From the sequence record MN734436.1: DNA of 32,000 bases, one strand, 5' to 3'. Positions 17,239 through 24,601 of the stretch are shown in pieces. The stretch is from Aminobacter phage Erebus. Within the stretch, counting starts at the first letter, position 1, and every line of letters starts with the position of its first letter. The position numbers and the translations under genes are program-made. The notes under the pieces were generated by a model. The model saw only the letters and a program-made list of their open reading frames with translations, ran no database searches and was not told the DNA's origin.

Positions 17239-17972
17239 TCCAATCCGACCAGCTTGTGGAGTTGAACGCCGAGGATGTAGCCGTGCTTCATGCAGCTATC
17301 AACGACGGCAGCGAGGTTGCGCTTGTTCCGGTCGGCGTCGCCGGCATCAAATGGGTTCAGGTAGATGGGGCCCCGCCAACCAGCTGGCGGACGGGCGACG
17401 GCCTTGCCTCCCGTGGGATGGGACAGCGCTTGCATGGGGAGGCCGTCGTGAGCGATGGACTCAGCGTCCAAGACGTACTTGAACGCACTTGCAACCAACG
17501 CGGTGTCAGAGTTGATCTTCGCAGTTTTCGGGCTGATGACTAGCGACACGAAGTCGCGAGAGCGGGAATCCCAAAACAGCTCGGTCAGGTCGCTGTCCAT
17601 TGGGAAGAAGCCGTTGGATTCGATCTGCACTTTGAAGTCCAAATCCAAAAGCAGCTTCACCAACGGCCCGACAGGTTGGCGCAACGGTTCGCCGCCCGTA
17701 AGGACGATGAGCGGGCGCGTGCTGCCAAAGAAGTTGTTGCTTTCGACCAGCGCCCAAACCTTGTCAACCAGCGCCCCTGTGGACAAGACATTGCGCCCTG
17801 CCGTGTACTCGGTATCGCAGCCCGGGCATTGCAGGTTGCACCCCGCAAGTCGAATGAAGATCGACCGGTGGCCGGCGAATGGGCCCTCGCCTTGGATCGT
17901 GAAGAACATGGAATGGAAATCGATTGTAGTCCCGTCTGAGCGACGCGGACCCTCTGGTTTTTGGGTGTTCAC
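17235..17972 (-). CDS. queE: 7-carboxy-7-deazaguanine synthase (radical SAM)
   Basis: 'HSMFFTIQGEGPFAGHRSIFIRLAGCNLQCPGCDTEY' with CX3CX2C, 'VLTGGEPLRQP'. Start proposed at GTG 17972 with TAGGA upstream; the track start at 18269 reads through a terminator hairpin. Confidence 0.92.
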   Translation of the reverse strand: MNTQKPEGPRRSDGTTIDFHSMFFTIQGEGPFAGHRSIFIRLAGCNLQCPGCDTEYTAGRNVLSTGALVDKVWALVESNNFFGSTRPLIVLTGGEPLRQPVGPLVKLLLDLDFKVQIESNGFFPMDSDLTELFWDSRSRDFVSLVISPKTAKINSDTALVASAFKYVLDAESIAHDGLPMQALSHPTGGKAVARPPAGWRGPIYLNPFDAGDADRNKRNLAAVVDSCMKHGYILGVQLHKLVGLE

Positions 17973-18015
17973 GGTGTTTCCTACCGACAGTTGAATGATA
18001 CTTGACGAAGCCACA

Positions 18016-18049
18016 ATAAACCCCTTGCGAACCATTGCAAGGGGTTTAT
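18016..18049 (-). terminator. Strong 13-bp hairpin terminator upstream of queE
   Basis: ATAAACCCCTTGC-gaaccatt-GCAAGGGGTTTAT, perfect arms. Confidence 0.8.
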
Positions 18050-18063
18050 CAGGCGCCAGCGAC

Positions 18064-18807
18064 CTATTTCGCGCCGAGCACGCCTTGCGGGGCGACCTTG
18101 CTGCCAATCTGATCTGCGAGCGAAACGCGGTCGCCTGCTTCCTGACCGAGTGCGTAACCGCTGCGGTCGTATTTTGATGGGTGAGACTTCGACTGCTTGA
18201 GATCGATCTTGAGCATGTCTTTGATGAACTGCTCGTTCTTCTCCTGCTCGTCTCCCGACCACAGGACAAGCGCGTTACCTGCGCCCTGAACCTTTTCCTG
18301 CTCGCGCATCTCGACTAGACGGGCGTGAAGGCGACCGGCTGCGCCGGCGAGAAATGCGTTCTTGAAAGCGTGATCCGTGCGACCGAGACGCTTTGCTTCG
18401 TCATTGGCGAGGCGGCGGATCGTCTGGCACAGGTACATAGCAAGCTGGGTGGCGACGATAGCGTTGACCTTGCGACCTACGATGGTATAGAAGGTCTGGC
18501 GCTTCTTCGGGTCCGGGCGCTGCTGGAAGCACTTGCAGTAGTTCAGCTGCGCGACGGCGGACCAGAGCCAACCGAACTGGCGTTCCGAAAAGTTGGTATC
18601 AGTCGGCATTGCGCCGCGCTCTTCTTCCTCGCTCGAGCCGCCACGACCGCGGTGCTGCTCGACCGTCATCATGGAGAGGTTGTGCTCGGCCAGGATTGCG
18701 TGAGCTTTCTCGATGGCGGCCGCGGCCTCGTTCTCGTTCGAGTTGTTGCCGGCGAGCGCGAGCAGCTTCTGGACGCGTTCAATGATCTTGTCAATTGCGG
18801 AGGTCAT
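18064..18807 (-). CDS. DUF2786-like domain protein
   Basis: 'MTSAIDKIIERVQKLLALAGNNSNENEAAAAIEKAHAILAEHNLSM' is the classic DUF2786 N-terminal pattern; AAGGAACCCCGAC-ATG at 18807. Confidence 0.75.
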   Translation of the reverse strand: MTSAIDKIIERVQKLLALAGNNSNENEAAAAIEKAHAILAEHNLSMMTVEQHRGRGGSSEEEERGAMPTDTNFSERQFGWLWSAVAQLNYCKCFQQRPDPKKRQTFYTIVGRKVNAIVATQLAMYLCQTIRRLANDEAKRLGRTDHAFKNAFLAGAAGRLHARLVEMREQEKVQGAGNALVLWSGDEQEKNEQFIKDMLKIDLKQSKSHPSKYDRSGYALGQEAGDRVSLADQIGSKVAPQGVLGAK

Positions 18808-18833
18808 GTCGGGGTTCCTTGTTGCGATGACCA

Positions 18834-18862
18834 TTTATCGCAAAAATCCCCGGTCAAGGCAA
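18834..18862 (-). promoter_or_regulatory. Phage promoter motif TTGCCT-N17-GATAAA (extended TGC)
   Basis: -35 at 18857-18862 and -10 at 18834-18839; upstream of the 18807 start. Confidence 0.6.
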
Positions 18863-18872
18863 CCGGGGATTT
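18844..18872 (-). terminator. Terminator of the DUF932-like gene
   Basis: AAATCCCCGGT-caaggca-ACCGGGGATTT, followed on the minus strand by a T run (18842-18846). Confidence 0.75.
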
Positions 18873-18891
18873 CGCTTTTCGGATCTTTTCT

Positions 18892-19857
18892 TTACGCAAC
18901 CAGCGCCAGCAGATCGGCTTCGACGTCTTGCTTGATCTTGGCATTCTCGCCGAACCAAGCCTTGGTCATGCGGGCGTCCTTGCTGCGGCCGGCAATGTGG
19001 TCGGCCCAGAACGTCACCGCGTTGATGACGCCCCACGCGTTGCCCGGAACTGCACCGGGGGCCTTGGTCACCGACAGGAGCACTTCATGCATCGCCTGGT
19101 TGCGGGATTCCACGTCGTCAATCAGCGCCTTGACGTGGGTGGCCTCGGATGCCCCTTCCTTCGCCGGCTGGAAGTGCTTGGCGAGGACTCGGACAGTGTC
19201 GTACTCGGACAGTGACAGGGCCTCAAGCGCCTTGGCGTTGAGTTCCATCTTGAGCATGGATTCATGCGCCAACCCGATTGTATCGCGGGCAGTATCGAAG
19301 TCAAAGTCCTTGAGATGGTTTTGCGTGTAGATGCCTCCCTTGTGACCCCCGAGAGCGATTGCCATGGTGTTGGCGCAGACGACTCGGGTACCGGTGACAC
19401 GAATGGACGAAGCCTTGCCGGCTTCGTGCGGCGAAGCAAAGAGCACGTAACCCTTGACAGCATCGCGACCGTTGTTTGTCGTGAAGCCGTGGCCGAGGTT
19501 TGCAAGGCCCCAGACCATCTTGCCGCCGCGCAGCGAACCTGCCGTCTCGAGCGTTGCCCCGCCAGCGCGGGCGTACTCATTGAAGAACTCGAGCACTTCA
19601 CGGTTCTGGATCGGCTTCCAATTGTCGGAAGCTGTGGTCAGCACTTTGTTGTCGAGGTCGCGGATAAGGGCCGACTTGTTCGGCACGCGGATCAGCTTGT
19701 CGTCAACCTGCGCAAAGGTGGGGTGGAGTTTCACGTTCCAATTCAGGCCCGCCTTCTCAAGCCAGGTATCGACGTTTGCACCGACTTCCAGGCGGTTGCC
19801 AAGGCCGTGCCACGGCACTTCGTTTGCGAAGGCCATCTGTTCAACTTCATGTGCCAT
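18892..19857 (-). CDS. DUF932 / TIGR03299-like phage-plasmid protein
   Basis: 'MAHEVEQMAFANEVPWHGLGNRLE...' with 'VVCANTMAIAL'-type motifs; start at 19857 after AGAGGAACCCCAA. Confidence 0.8.
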   Translation of the reverse strand: MAHEVEQMAFANEVPWHGLGNRLEVGANVDTWLEKAGLNWNVKLHPTFAQVDDKLIRVPNKSALIRDLDNKVLTTASDNWKPIQNREVLEFFNEYARAGGATLETAGSLRGGKMVWGLANLGHGFTTNNGRDAVKGYVLFASPHEAGKASSIRVTGTRVVCANTMAIALGGHKGGIYTQNHLKDFDFDTARDTIGLAHESMLKMELNAKALEALSLSEYDTVRVLAKHFQPAKEGASEATHVKALIDDVESRNQAMHEVLLSVTKAPGAVPGNAWGVINAVTFWADHIAGRSKDARMTKAWFGENAKIKQDVEADLLALVA

Positions 19858-19906
19858 TTGGGGTTCCTCTCGGGTTGTGACGACACCAAGCGCGTCGCCT
19901 GGATTT

Positions 19907-19935
19907 GTTATCGCACAACCCGAGAGCTCAGACAA
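19907..19935 (-). promoter_or_regulatory. Phage promoter motif TTGTCT-N17-GATAAC (extended TGC)
   Basis: -35 at 19930-19935, -10 at 19907-19912. Confidence 0.6.
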
Positions 19936-19943
19936 CTAGAAAG

Positions 19944-20255
19944 TCAATGAGACTCTAACAAAAGATGCGCCCTTTGACGCTTTGCCTTTTCGACATCGAA
20001 CTCCAGGACCAGCGCGTCCACAGAGGACGGCAGGGTTCCTGAGCCCGGTTTTGAGACCCGCATGGCGTAGGTCGTGCGCGTTCCGTCGGATACGAATAAG
20101 GAAATATCGCCATTGTGCAGCACCTCGCATTCGAGCAAGAACCCCAGCTGGTTGATTTCCATCGCCTTTGCGGCCACCCCGTCTTCGCGTTCAATCGCGA
20201 TTTCAACGAACTCGCTAAGCGTTGGAAAATGTTGGACAAAATGCACTCGCGGCAT
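19944..20255 (-). CDS. Hypothetical protein
   Basis: M-PRVHFVQHFPTLSEF... start at 20255 with a strong GGGAGG upstream. The track start at 20726 reads out of frame through the low-complexity gene. Confidence 0.65.
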   Translation of the reverse strand: MPRVHFVQHFPTLSEFVEIAIEREDGVAAKAMEINQLGFLLECEVLHNGDISLFVSDGTRTTYAMRVSKPGSGTLPSSVDALVLEFDVEKAKRQRAHLLLESH

Positions 20256-20325
20256 TGTTTCAACCTCCCTCTTATTGAACCTGGAAATGATGGCCAAAGT
20301 ACAAGTTGAAGGCAATGCACAAACG

Positions 20326-20355
20326 AAAAAGGCGCCCGATTTCTCGAGCGCCTTT
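20326..20355 (-). terminator. Terminator
   Basis: Minus strand AAAGGCGC-tcgagaaatcgg-GCGCCTTTTT. Confidence 0.75.
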
Positions 20356-20421
20356 GACCTATCCCGGGTGGGTGTTTTGAGGGGAACCCCTTCCCCGAAA
20401 CGCCCGCCGGGCAGCTTTTGA

Positions 20422-20994
20422 TTAAGCGGCGGCCTTGGAATCAGCTTCCGCTTTCGCAGCGGCGTCCGCCTGAGCTTTGGCTTCTGCCTTCGCCTTCTTC
20501 TCAGCATCCTTAGCCGCCTTCTCCGCGGCGCGTGCCTCGTCCTTGGCCTTCTTCTCGGCTTCCTTGGCGGCCTTGCGTTCAGCCTTCTCGGCGGCGATAG
20601 CTGCTTCCTTGGCGACGCGGTCGGCTTCCTTCTTGGCGGCGGCTTCTGCACCTTCGGCTTCCTTGGCGGCCTTTTCGGCTTCCTTCTTCGCCTTGGCCTC
20701 AGCCGCTTCCTTTTCCTTCGCCTCACGGCGAGCTGCCGTCTCTTCGGTGCGCAGCGTGCGCAGGACGTCGGAAGCGCCGTGGTAGGCGACCCAGCGCGCG
20801 TACTGGGTGTTTGCCGTAGCCTGGTTGGCGTTGGCGACCGTACTCATGTACTCGTCAACAACCGCCTTACGGGGCGCAGGTTGACCGAGAGTGGTGGAGA
20901 TGCGGTCGGCGATGTCCCAGAGCTTGCCGGTGACGGTGCCGGCGTCGGGCCGCTTGATGCCGTTCTGCTTGTCGATAACTTTTACTTCGGTCAT
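20422..20994 (-). CDS. Protein with N-terminal 'TxNTQYxRW' module and long Ala/Lys/Glu helical tail
   Basis: M-TEVKVIDKQNGIKRPDAG start at 20994 with GAGAGGAA upstream; tail of repeated KEAE/AEKAAK units. Confidence 0.75.
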   Translation of the reverse strand: MTEVKVIDKQNGIKRPDAGTVTGKLWDIADRISTTLGQPAPRKAVVDEYMSTVANANQATANTQYARWVAYHGASDVLRTLRTEETAARREAKEKEAAEAKAKKEAEKAAKEAEGAEAAAKKEADRVAKEAAIAAEKAERKAAKEAEKKAKDEARAAEKAAKDAEKKAKAEAKAQADAAAKAEADSKAAA

Positions 20995-21065
20995 GGTCGT
21001 ATTCCTCTCAGGGGATGGTTTGAATCTTGCGCCGCATTTCAGATAACGCAAACACAAGAGCGATA

Positions 21066-21611
21066 CTACTTATTTTGCGCCTTCTGCCAACGGTAAAACT
21101 GGGTGCTAGCGGTGGACGCGTTCACCCCAGCAGCCACGCATGCTGCCACGACTTCTTGCCGAGTTGACCCGGGCATGTTGCTCGCCATCTCCCAAACCAG
21201 CTTGCTAGGGTTTTCCACGTCAGACTTTGCCCGAGGGGCCGACGGGTCACGCTGAGCGGAAACGCGCTTGTCGCCGCGGTTTTCGTTGGCTGTGTCGGGG
21301 TTAAAGAGGGAAGGCGTGATCGGCTCGATGATAAATTCCGAGGGGATGTTTTCGCCCTCAATTTCATCAAGACGACAGGTGATAACCAGCACACCTTGAA
21401 TGCCCTCCAACCTACCGCCGTCGATATAGGCGGACTCAACATGGTTAACAAAATCTTTACCCTTCGCCCAATCAGCAGCTGGCGACACGCCGGGCATGGA
21501 AGCAAACTTCCAGTGCGGGCGGTGCGTGGGATCGATCATCGTGCGGAAGTTGGTGAGCCCAGCTTTCTGTGCTGCGCGGGCGGCTTGCGAACGGGAGAGG
21601 TAGTAGGCCAT
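21066..21611 (-). CDS. Hypothetical protein with C-terminal 'TxSTQFxRW' module
   Basis: M-AYYLSRSQAARAAQ start at 21611 after AGGAACCC. Confidence 0.65.
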   Translation of the reverse strand: MAYYLSRSQAARAAQKAGLTNFRTMIDPTHRPHWKFASMPGVSPAADWAKGKDFVNHVESAYIDGGRLEGIQGVLVITCRLDEIEGENIPSEFIIEPITPSLFNPDTANENRGDKRVSAQRDPSAPRAKSDVENPSKLVWEMASNMPGSTRQEVVAACVAAGVNASTASTQFYRWQKAQNK

Positions 21612-21645
21612 GGTCGGGTTCCTGTGGACGCGTTTCGATAACCTG

Positions 21646-21674
21646 TTTATCGCATCTTCAAACAGATAAGACAA
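21646..21674 (-). promoter_or_regulatory. Phage promoter motif TTGTCT-N17-GATAAA (extended TGC)
   Basis: -35 at 21669-21674, -10 at 21646-21651. Confidence 0.6.
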
Positions 21675-21712
21675 CCGCAAAAAGAAAAACGCCGGCTCTT
21701 GCGGGCCGGCGC
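21675..21712 (-). terminator. GC-rich terminator
   Basis: Minus strand CGCCGGC-ccgcaaga-GCCGGCG-TTTTTCTTTTT. Confidence 0.85.
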
Positions 21713-21743
21713 TGCCTAAAAGGTACAAGGGAACAAGTCGCTT

Positions 21744-21935
21744 TTATGCGGCAGCGCCCTCGGATGTCACGATGGCGAAACGGTCGTTGAACTCGTCCAC
21801 CGTCAACGCCAGGATGCGCCCGCCCGCCTTGCCCCGGATGTCAGCCTGGTACACGATAATGCCGGGCTGCGATGCCGAGGGCTTTGCATGAACAATTTTC
21901 CCGGTCTTCTTCTCCTGATAGAGCCTGATAGCCAT
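21744..21935 (-). CDS. Small hypothetical protein
   Basis: 63-aa ORF with an upstream GGGAGG Shine-Dalgarno. Confidence 0.5.
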   Translation of the reverse strand: MAIRLYQEKKTGKIVHAKPSASQPGIIVYQADIRGKAGGRILALTVDEFNDRFAIVTSEGAAA

Positions 21936-22039
21936 TTGCCGTCCTCCCGCTTTTGGGTTGTGGGTAAGTCAAGATTGTTCTTGACAAAAGAATCCTGATC
22001 CAAACGAGTTCGAACGTCAAGACAAATCTTAGGATCTAT

Positions 22040-22291
22040 TCAGAAGGGGATTTCTTCGGCATCTTCGTGCGACGGGCAACCAGCGATGATGACGGACGCC
22101 GGTGGGGTCATTTGATACAAAGCGCAATGCGCCGGGGCGTTCTGCGGCATGTGCTTGCAGGTGTTGCAAGTGCGGAAGATGGCGTCGGGCCCGTGTGCCT
22201 TGAACCACTTATTGAACAGCTCGCCAAGATCAGCATTCGCCTTTTGGGTCGTTTGCGTGACTGTTTCGCGGATAGAAAACTCGCTCATCAC
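22040..22291 (-). CDS. Small Cys-rich (putative zinc) protein
   Basis: 'FRTCNTCKHMPQNAPAHCALYQMTPPASVIIAGC'; resembles the C-terminus of the 26517 nuclease. Confidence 0.55.
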   Translation of the reverse strand: MMSEFSIRETVTQTTQKANADLGELFNKWFKAHGPDAIFRTCNTCKHMPQNAPAHCALYQMTPPASVIIAGCPSHEDAEEIPF

Positions 22292-22518
22292 ATGACCCCT
22301 TCGTCTTCCAGAACACGGATCGCTGTGCGGATCGCACGCTGCTTGACGGCGAGGATGTGCGCCTGTCGAATACCTTCTTCGCGTTCGGTGACGAGCTTCT
22401 GGATCTGCTTTTCAATGTCGGCAACGGAGCGATCTTGTGTAGCCTTATCAGCAGCCAGGTTATTGGACAATGTTGCCAGCGCGCCGCGGTTTATGTTCTT
22501 GCTGAGTTCAGTCGTCAT
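22288..22518 (-). CDS. Small coiled-coil hypothetical protein
   Basis: M-TTELSKNINRGALATLSNNLAADKATQDRSVADIEKQIQKL... with AAGGAA upstream; overlaps its neighbours by 4 bp. Confidence 0.55.
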   Translation of the reverse strand: MTTELSKNINRGALATLSNNLAADKATQDRSVADIEKQIQKLVTEREEGIRQAHILAVKQRAIRTAIRVLEDEGVM

Positions 22519-23072
22519 TTTGAGTTCCTTCTTCCCTTGGTTGGCATTCCGCCTCGCTGCTTTCGCAAGACTTCCATGTGCCGGCGGGCCTCGGCATCGC
22601 AATGGCCGTTGACCCAAGCCCGTCCGGTATCTCGATCAGTGTGCCCCTTGACATGGCGAAGCAACACTCGCGTATCGCCAACGGCGGTCGCAATCACCGT
22701 CAGCGCCTCATTTTCCACAATCGAAAGCTTTCGCAATCGGCCAGGTTTGACTGCTGGCAGGTGTTGCTGGTCGCGCCGGTCACCGCTGCCATACACGAAA
22801 GCGGTCGGCAGCATGTGACCGATAAGCGATAAAGCTTCTGTGTTGTCGCATTGCACCATGAGACTCGAGACGCCCGACAGGCGACCAACATCGAAGCAAT
22901 GCCACAACGCACAAGCAATCCCGCACAGCTCAGCGGTGGTCGAGCTCCTGAGTTCGCAATCAAGCGGTCCGCCGAGGAACTCACCCTTCGGCCAATCATC
23001 CCGCTTCGCCCATGCGCCCCAGCCCCCCGCCCCGGTCTTGTGACAGAACGAAGCGTCGGCGAACAGCGTCAT
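22515..23072 (-). CDS. Ribonuclease H-like protein
   Basis: 'MTLFADASFC...GGWGAW', 'STTAELCGI', 'VQCDNTEAL', 'HVKGH': RNase HI catalytic pattern. Confidence 0.8.
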   Translation of the reverse strand: MTLFADASFCHKTGAGGWGAWAKRDDWPKGEFLGGPLDCELRSSTTAELCGIACALWHCFDVGRLSGVSSLMVQCDNTEALSLIGHMLPTAFVYGSGDRRDQQHLPAVKPGRLRKLSIVENEALTVIATAVGDTRVLLRHVKGHTDRDTGRAWVNGHCDAEARRHMEVLRKQRGGMPTKGRRNSK

Positions 23073-23080
23073 CTTCACTT

Positions 23081-24220
23081 CTACTTGCCCTCCACAGCCG
23101 GGGAGCGGAGGGCCTCGACGGCTTCTCGAATATCGGACACGCCTATGCCTGCGCAGCAGTAGCGCCACCCCGTTCCATCGCCCTCACTCTTGACCGCGTA
23201 GTAGAGGTCGTAAGGTTTGGGCAGTGTCTCCAAACCTTCCAGCCGCTCCGCACAGGCGTTGAGCCGATACAGGAGGCTCCGCTCTTCATCCTCCACCACC
23301 CCCACAGGCGCAGAGACTGGCGTAGGAGTGGGGTGGAGCGCAGAGCGGATGCGGCGCTCGTAATCGGCTTCGCATGCGGTCTTGGCCTCCCTGAGCGTCT
23401 GATAATTGCTTTGCGGGGTAAGGAATGGGCGAACAACAAAGGGCCACTGATGCTCACCTTCTTCGGTGACGTGATATTCGCCCCCGAACGGATGGCTCGC
23501 GACCATATCCAGCGCCTTGTAGGACAGATCACGCCACTTCAGAGCCTTAACCGCCGGATATACTGGAGCGAGGTCAGCGCGGACGTATTCGGTGCCGCCT
23601 TCGTCGGGATCGAACCAAACGTTGTGTTCGTTGTCACTATCAGCGGCGGACAGCCATATCCGGTCTGGTGCATCAACCGCCTCCCTCAGCGCCTTGATCC
23701 CCGGCTCTCCTGCAGGTGCTGGGACGGCGTAATGTAGCGGGCGTATTTCCCGCTCGTACTCCTCGGATAGCCACCCATTTTGTTTGTGGATTTCGACTTG
23801 ATTTACATCGATAGTCACGTCGACAATCCGGCCTTGAACGGTGCGAGCCCACGCGACCGGCACCGCCTCTTTCTGGCTGACTGGAATCCGAGAGGCTTCG
23901 GACATGCGCTGAACGATGGCGCGGGCATGGTGCGTCTTGGTCGTGCAGACGAGGCTGTTGTTCTCGTCGTAGACCCAAGCGTAGTTTGCCTCACCATCGG
24001 GGCCGTATTGGATCTCATAGCGCCATGACAGAGGTGTCTGCTCCTCCGTCACTCCTGCTGAAGTGGAGGCGAGCAGTCTGCGCATTTCACAGGCGAAATA
24101 CCAGGCGCGAACACCTCCCTTGTAACCCGACGGCATGCTTTCGACCCAAGGGTCCAGCTCCTTCGGATGGACGGACCAGAACCGGTAGGCGAGGGCATCG
24201 ATGTCAATCTGCTTGGTCAT
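23081..24220 (-). CDS. Hypothetical protein
   Basis: M-TKQIDIDALAYRFW start at 24220; repeated segments 'WRYE..YGPDGEA' and 'VWFDPDEGGTEYVRADL'; no family recognised. Confidence 0.55.
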   Translation of the reverse strand: MTKQIDIDALAYRFWSVHPKELDPWVESMPSGYKGGVRAWYFACEMRRLLASTSAGVTEEQTPLSWRYEIQYGPDGEANYAWVYDENNSLVCTTKTHHARAIVQRMSEASRIPVSQKEAVPVAWARTVQGRIVDVTIDVNQVEIHKQNGWLSEEYEREIRPLHYAVPAPAGEPGIKALREAVDAPDRIWLSAADSDNEHNVWFDPDEGGTEYVRADLAPVYPAVKALKWRDLSYKALDMVASHPFGGEYHVTEEGEHQWPFVVRPFLTPQSNYQTLREAKTACEADYERRIRSALHPTPTPVSAPVGVVEDEERSLLYRLNACAERLEGLETLPKPYDLYYAVKSEGDGTGWRYCCAGIGVSDIREAVEALRSPAVEGK

Positions 24221-24333
24221 TGAGCTATCTCCAATAGCTCGACGGCGATGGCAGGCACACGCGGAGTGCATCGACCATCTTTGTTCATCTTGACCAAAGC
24301 TTCGATGGAGAGAACAAGACCTTCTCTCGTCAT
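24217..24333 (-). CDS. Small 38-aa protein
   Basis: [38 protein letters not shown]; 4-bp overlaps on both sides. Confidence 0.4.
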   Translation of the reverse strand: MTREGLVLSIEALVKMNKDGRCTPRVPAIAVELLEIAQ

Positions 24334-24443
24334 GACGGAAACTCCAGCTGCCCGACGATGAAGCCGGCAACGATGATGGCGACCCACGCGGCCTGGTAGC
24401 CGCGCTCGCTCTCGATGATCCAATTGACAAGACGATTAAGCAT
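24330..24443 (-). CDS. Small 37-aa single-TM protein
   Basis: Hand translation [37 protein letters not shown] preceded by AAGGAACCCCTCC. Absent from the track. Confidence 0.55.
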   Translation of the reverse strand: MLNRLVNWIIESERGYQAAWVAIIVAGFIVGQLEFPS

Positions 24444-24601
24444 GGAGGGGTTCCTTGTTTTCGGTTAGATACGCAATCGCTTTGCGAAGCGTTTCAACGT
24501 TATCTTTAGCATGCCCCAGCATTAAATTGCAAGCTTGACAGAGGGTTCCTCTAACTTTGTTTGTCTCGTGGCAATGATCGATATGGTACCAGGCGAGACT
24601 G

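Noticed and set aside
17973-18269. N-terminal extension of the QueE ORF (track start 18269)
   Set aside because: The extension reads through a perfect 13-bp terminator hairpin and into the neighbouring gene in another frame; GTG 17972 with a Shine-Dalgarno is preferred.
18325-19950. Long plus-strand ORFs 18325..19215 and 19264..19950
   Set aside because: Antisense to the DUF2786-like and DUF932-like genes; no recognisable family.
20256-20726. N-terminal extension of the 19944 ORF (MRRRKRKRLRPRRRR...)
   Set aside because: Alternate-frame translation of the Ala/Lys/Glu repeat gene; a strong Shine-Dalgarno and ATG exist at 20255.
20422-20785. DNA-level tandem repeat or CRISPR-like array
   Set aside because: The repetitiveness is degenerate KEAE/AEKAAK coding sequence with no conserved repeat-spacer architecture. 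No CRISPR array was seen anywhere in the window.
22040-22291. Possible anti-CRISPR or toxin
   Set aside because: Small Cys-rich phage protein, but its similarity to the nuclease C-terminal domain is a simpler explanation; no positive evidence for Acr or toxin function.
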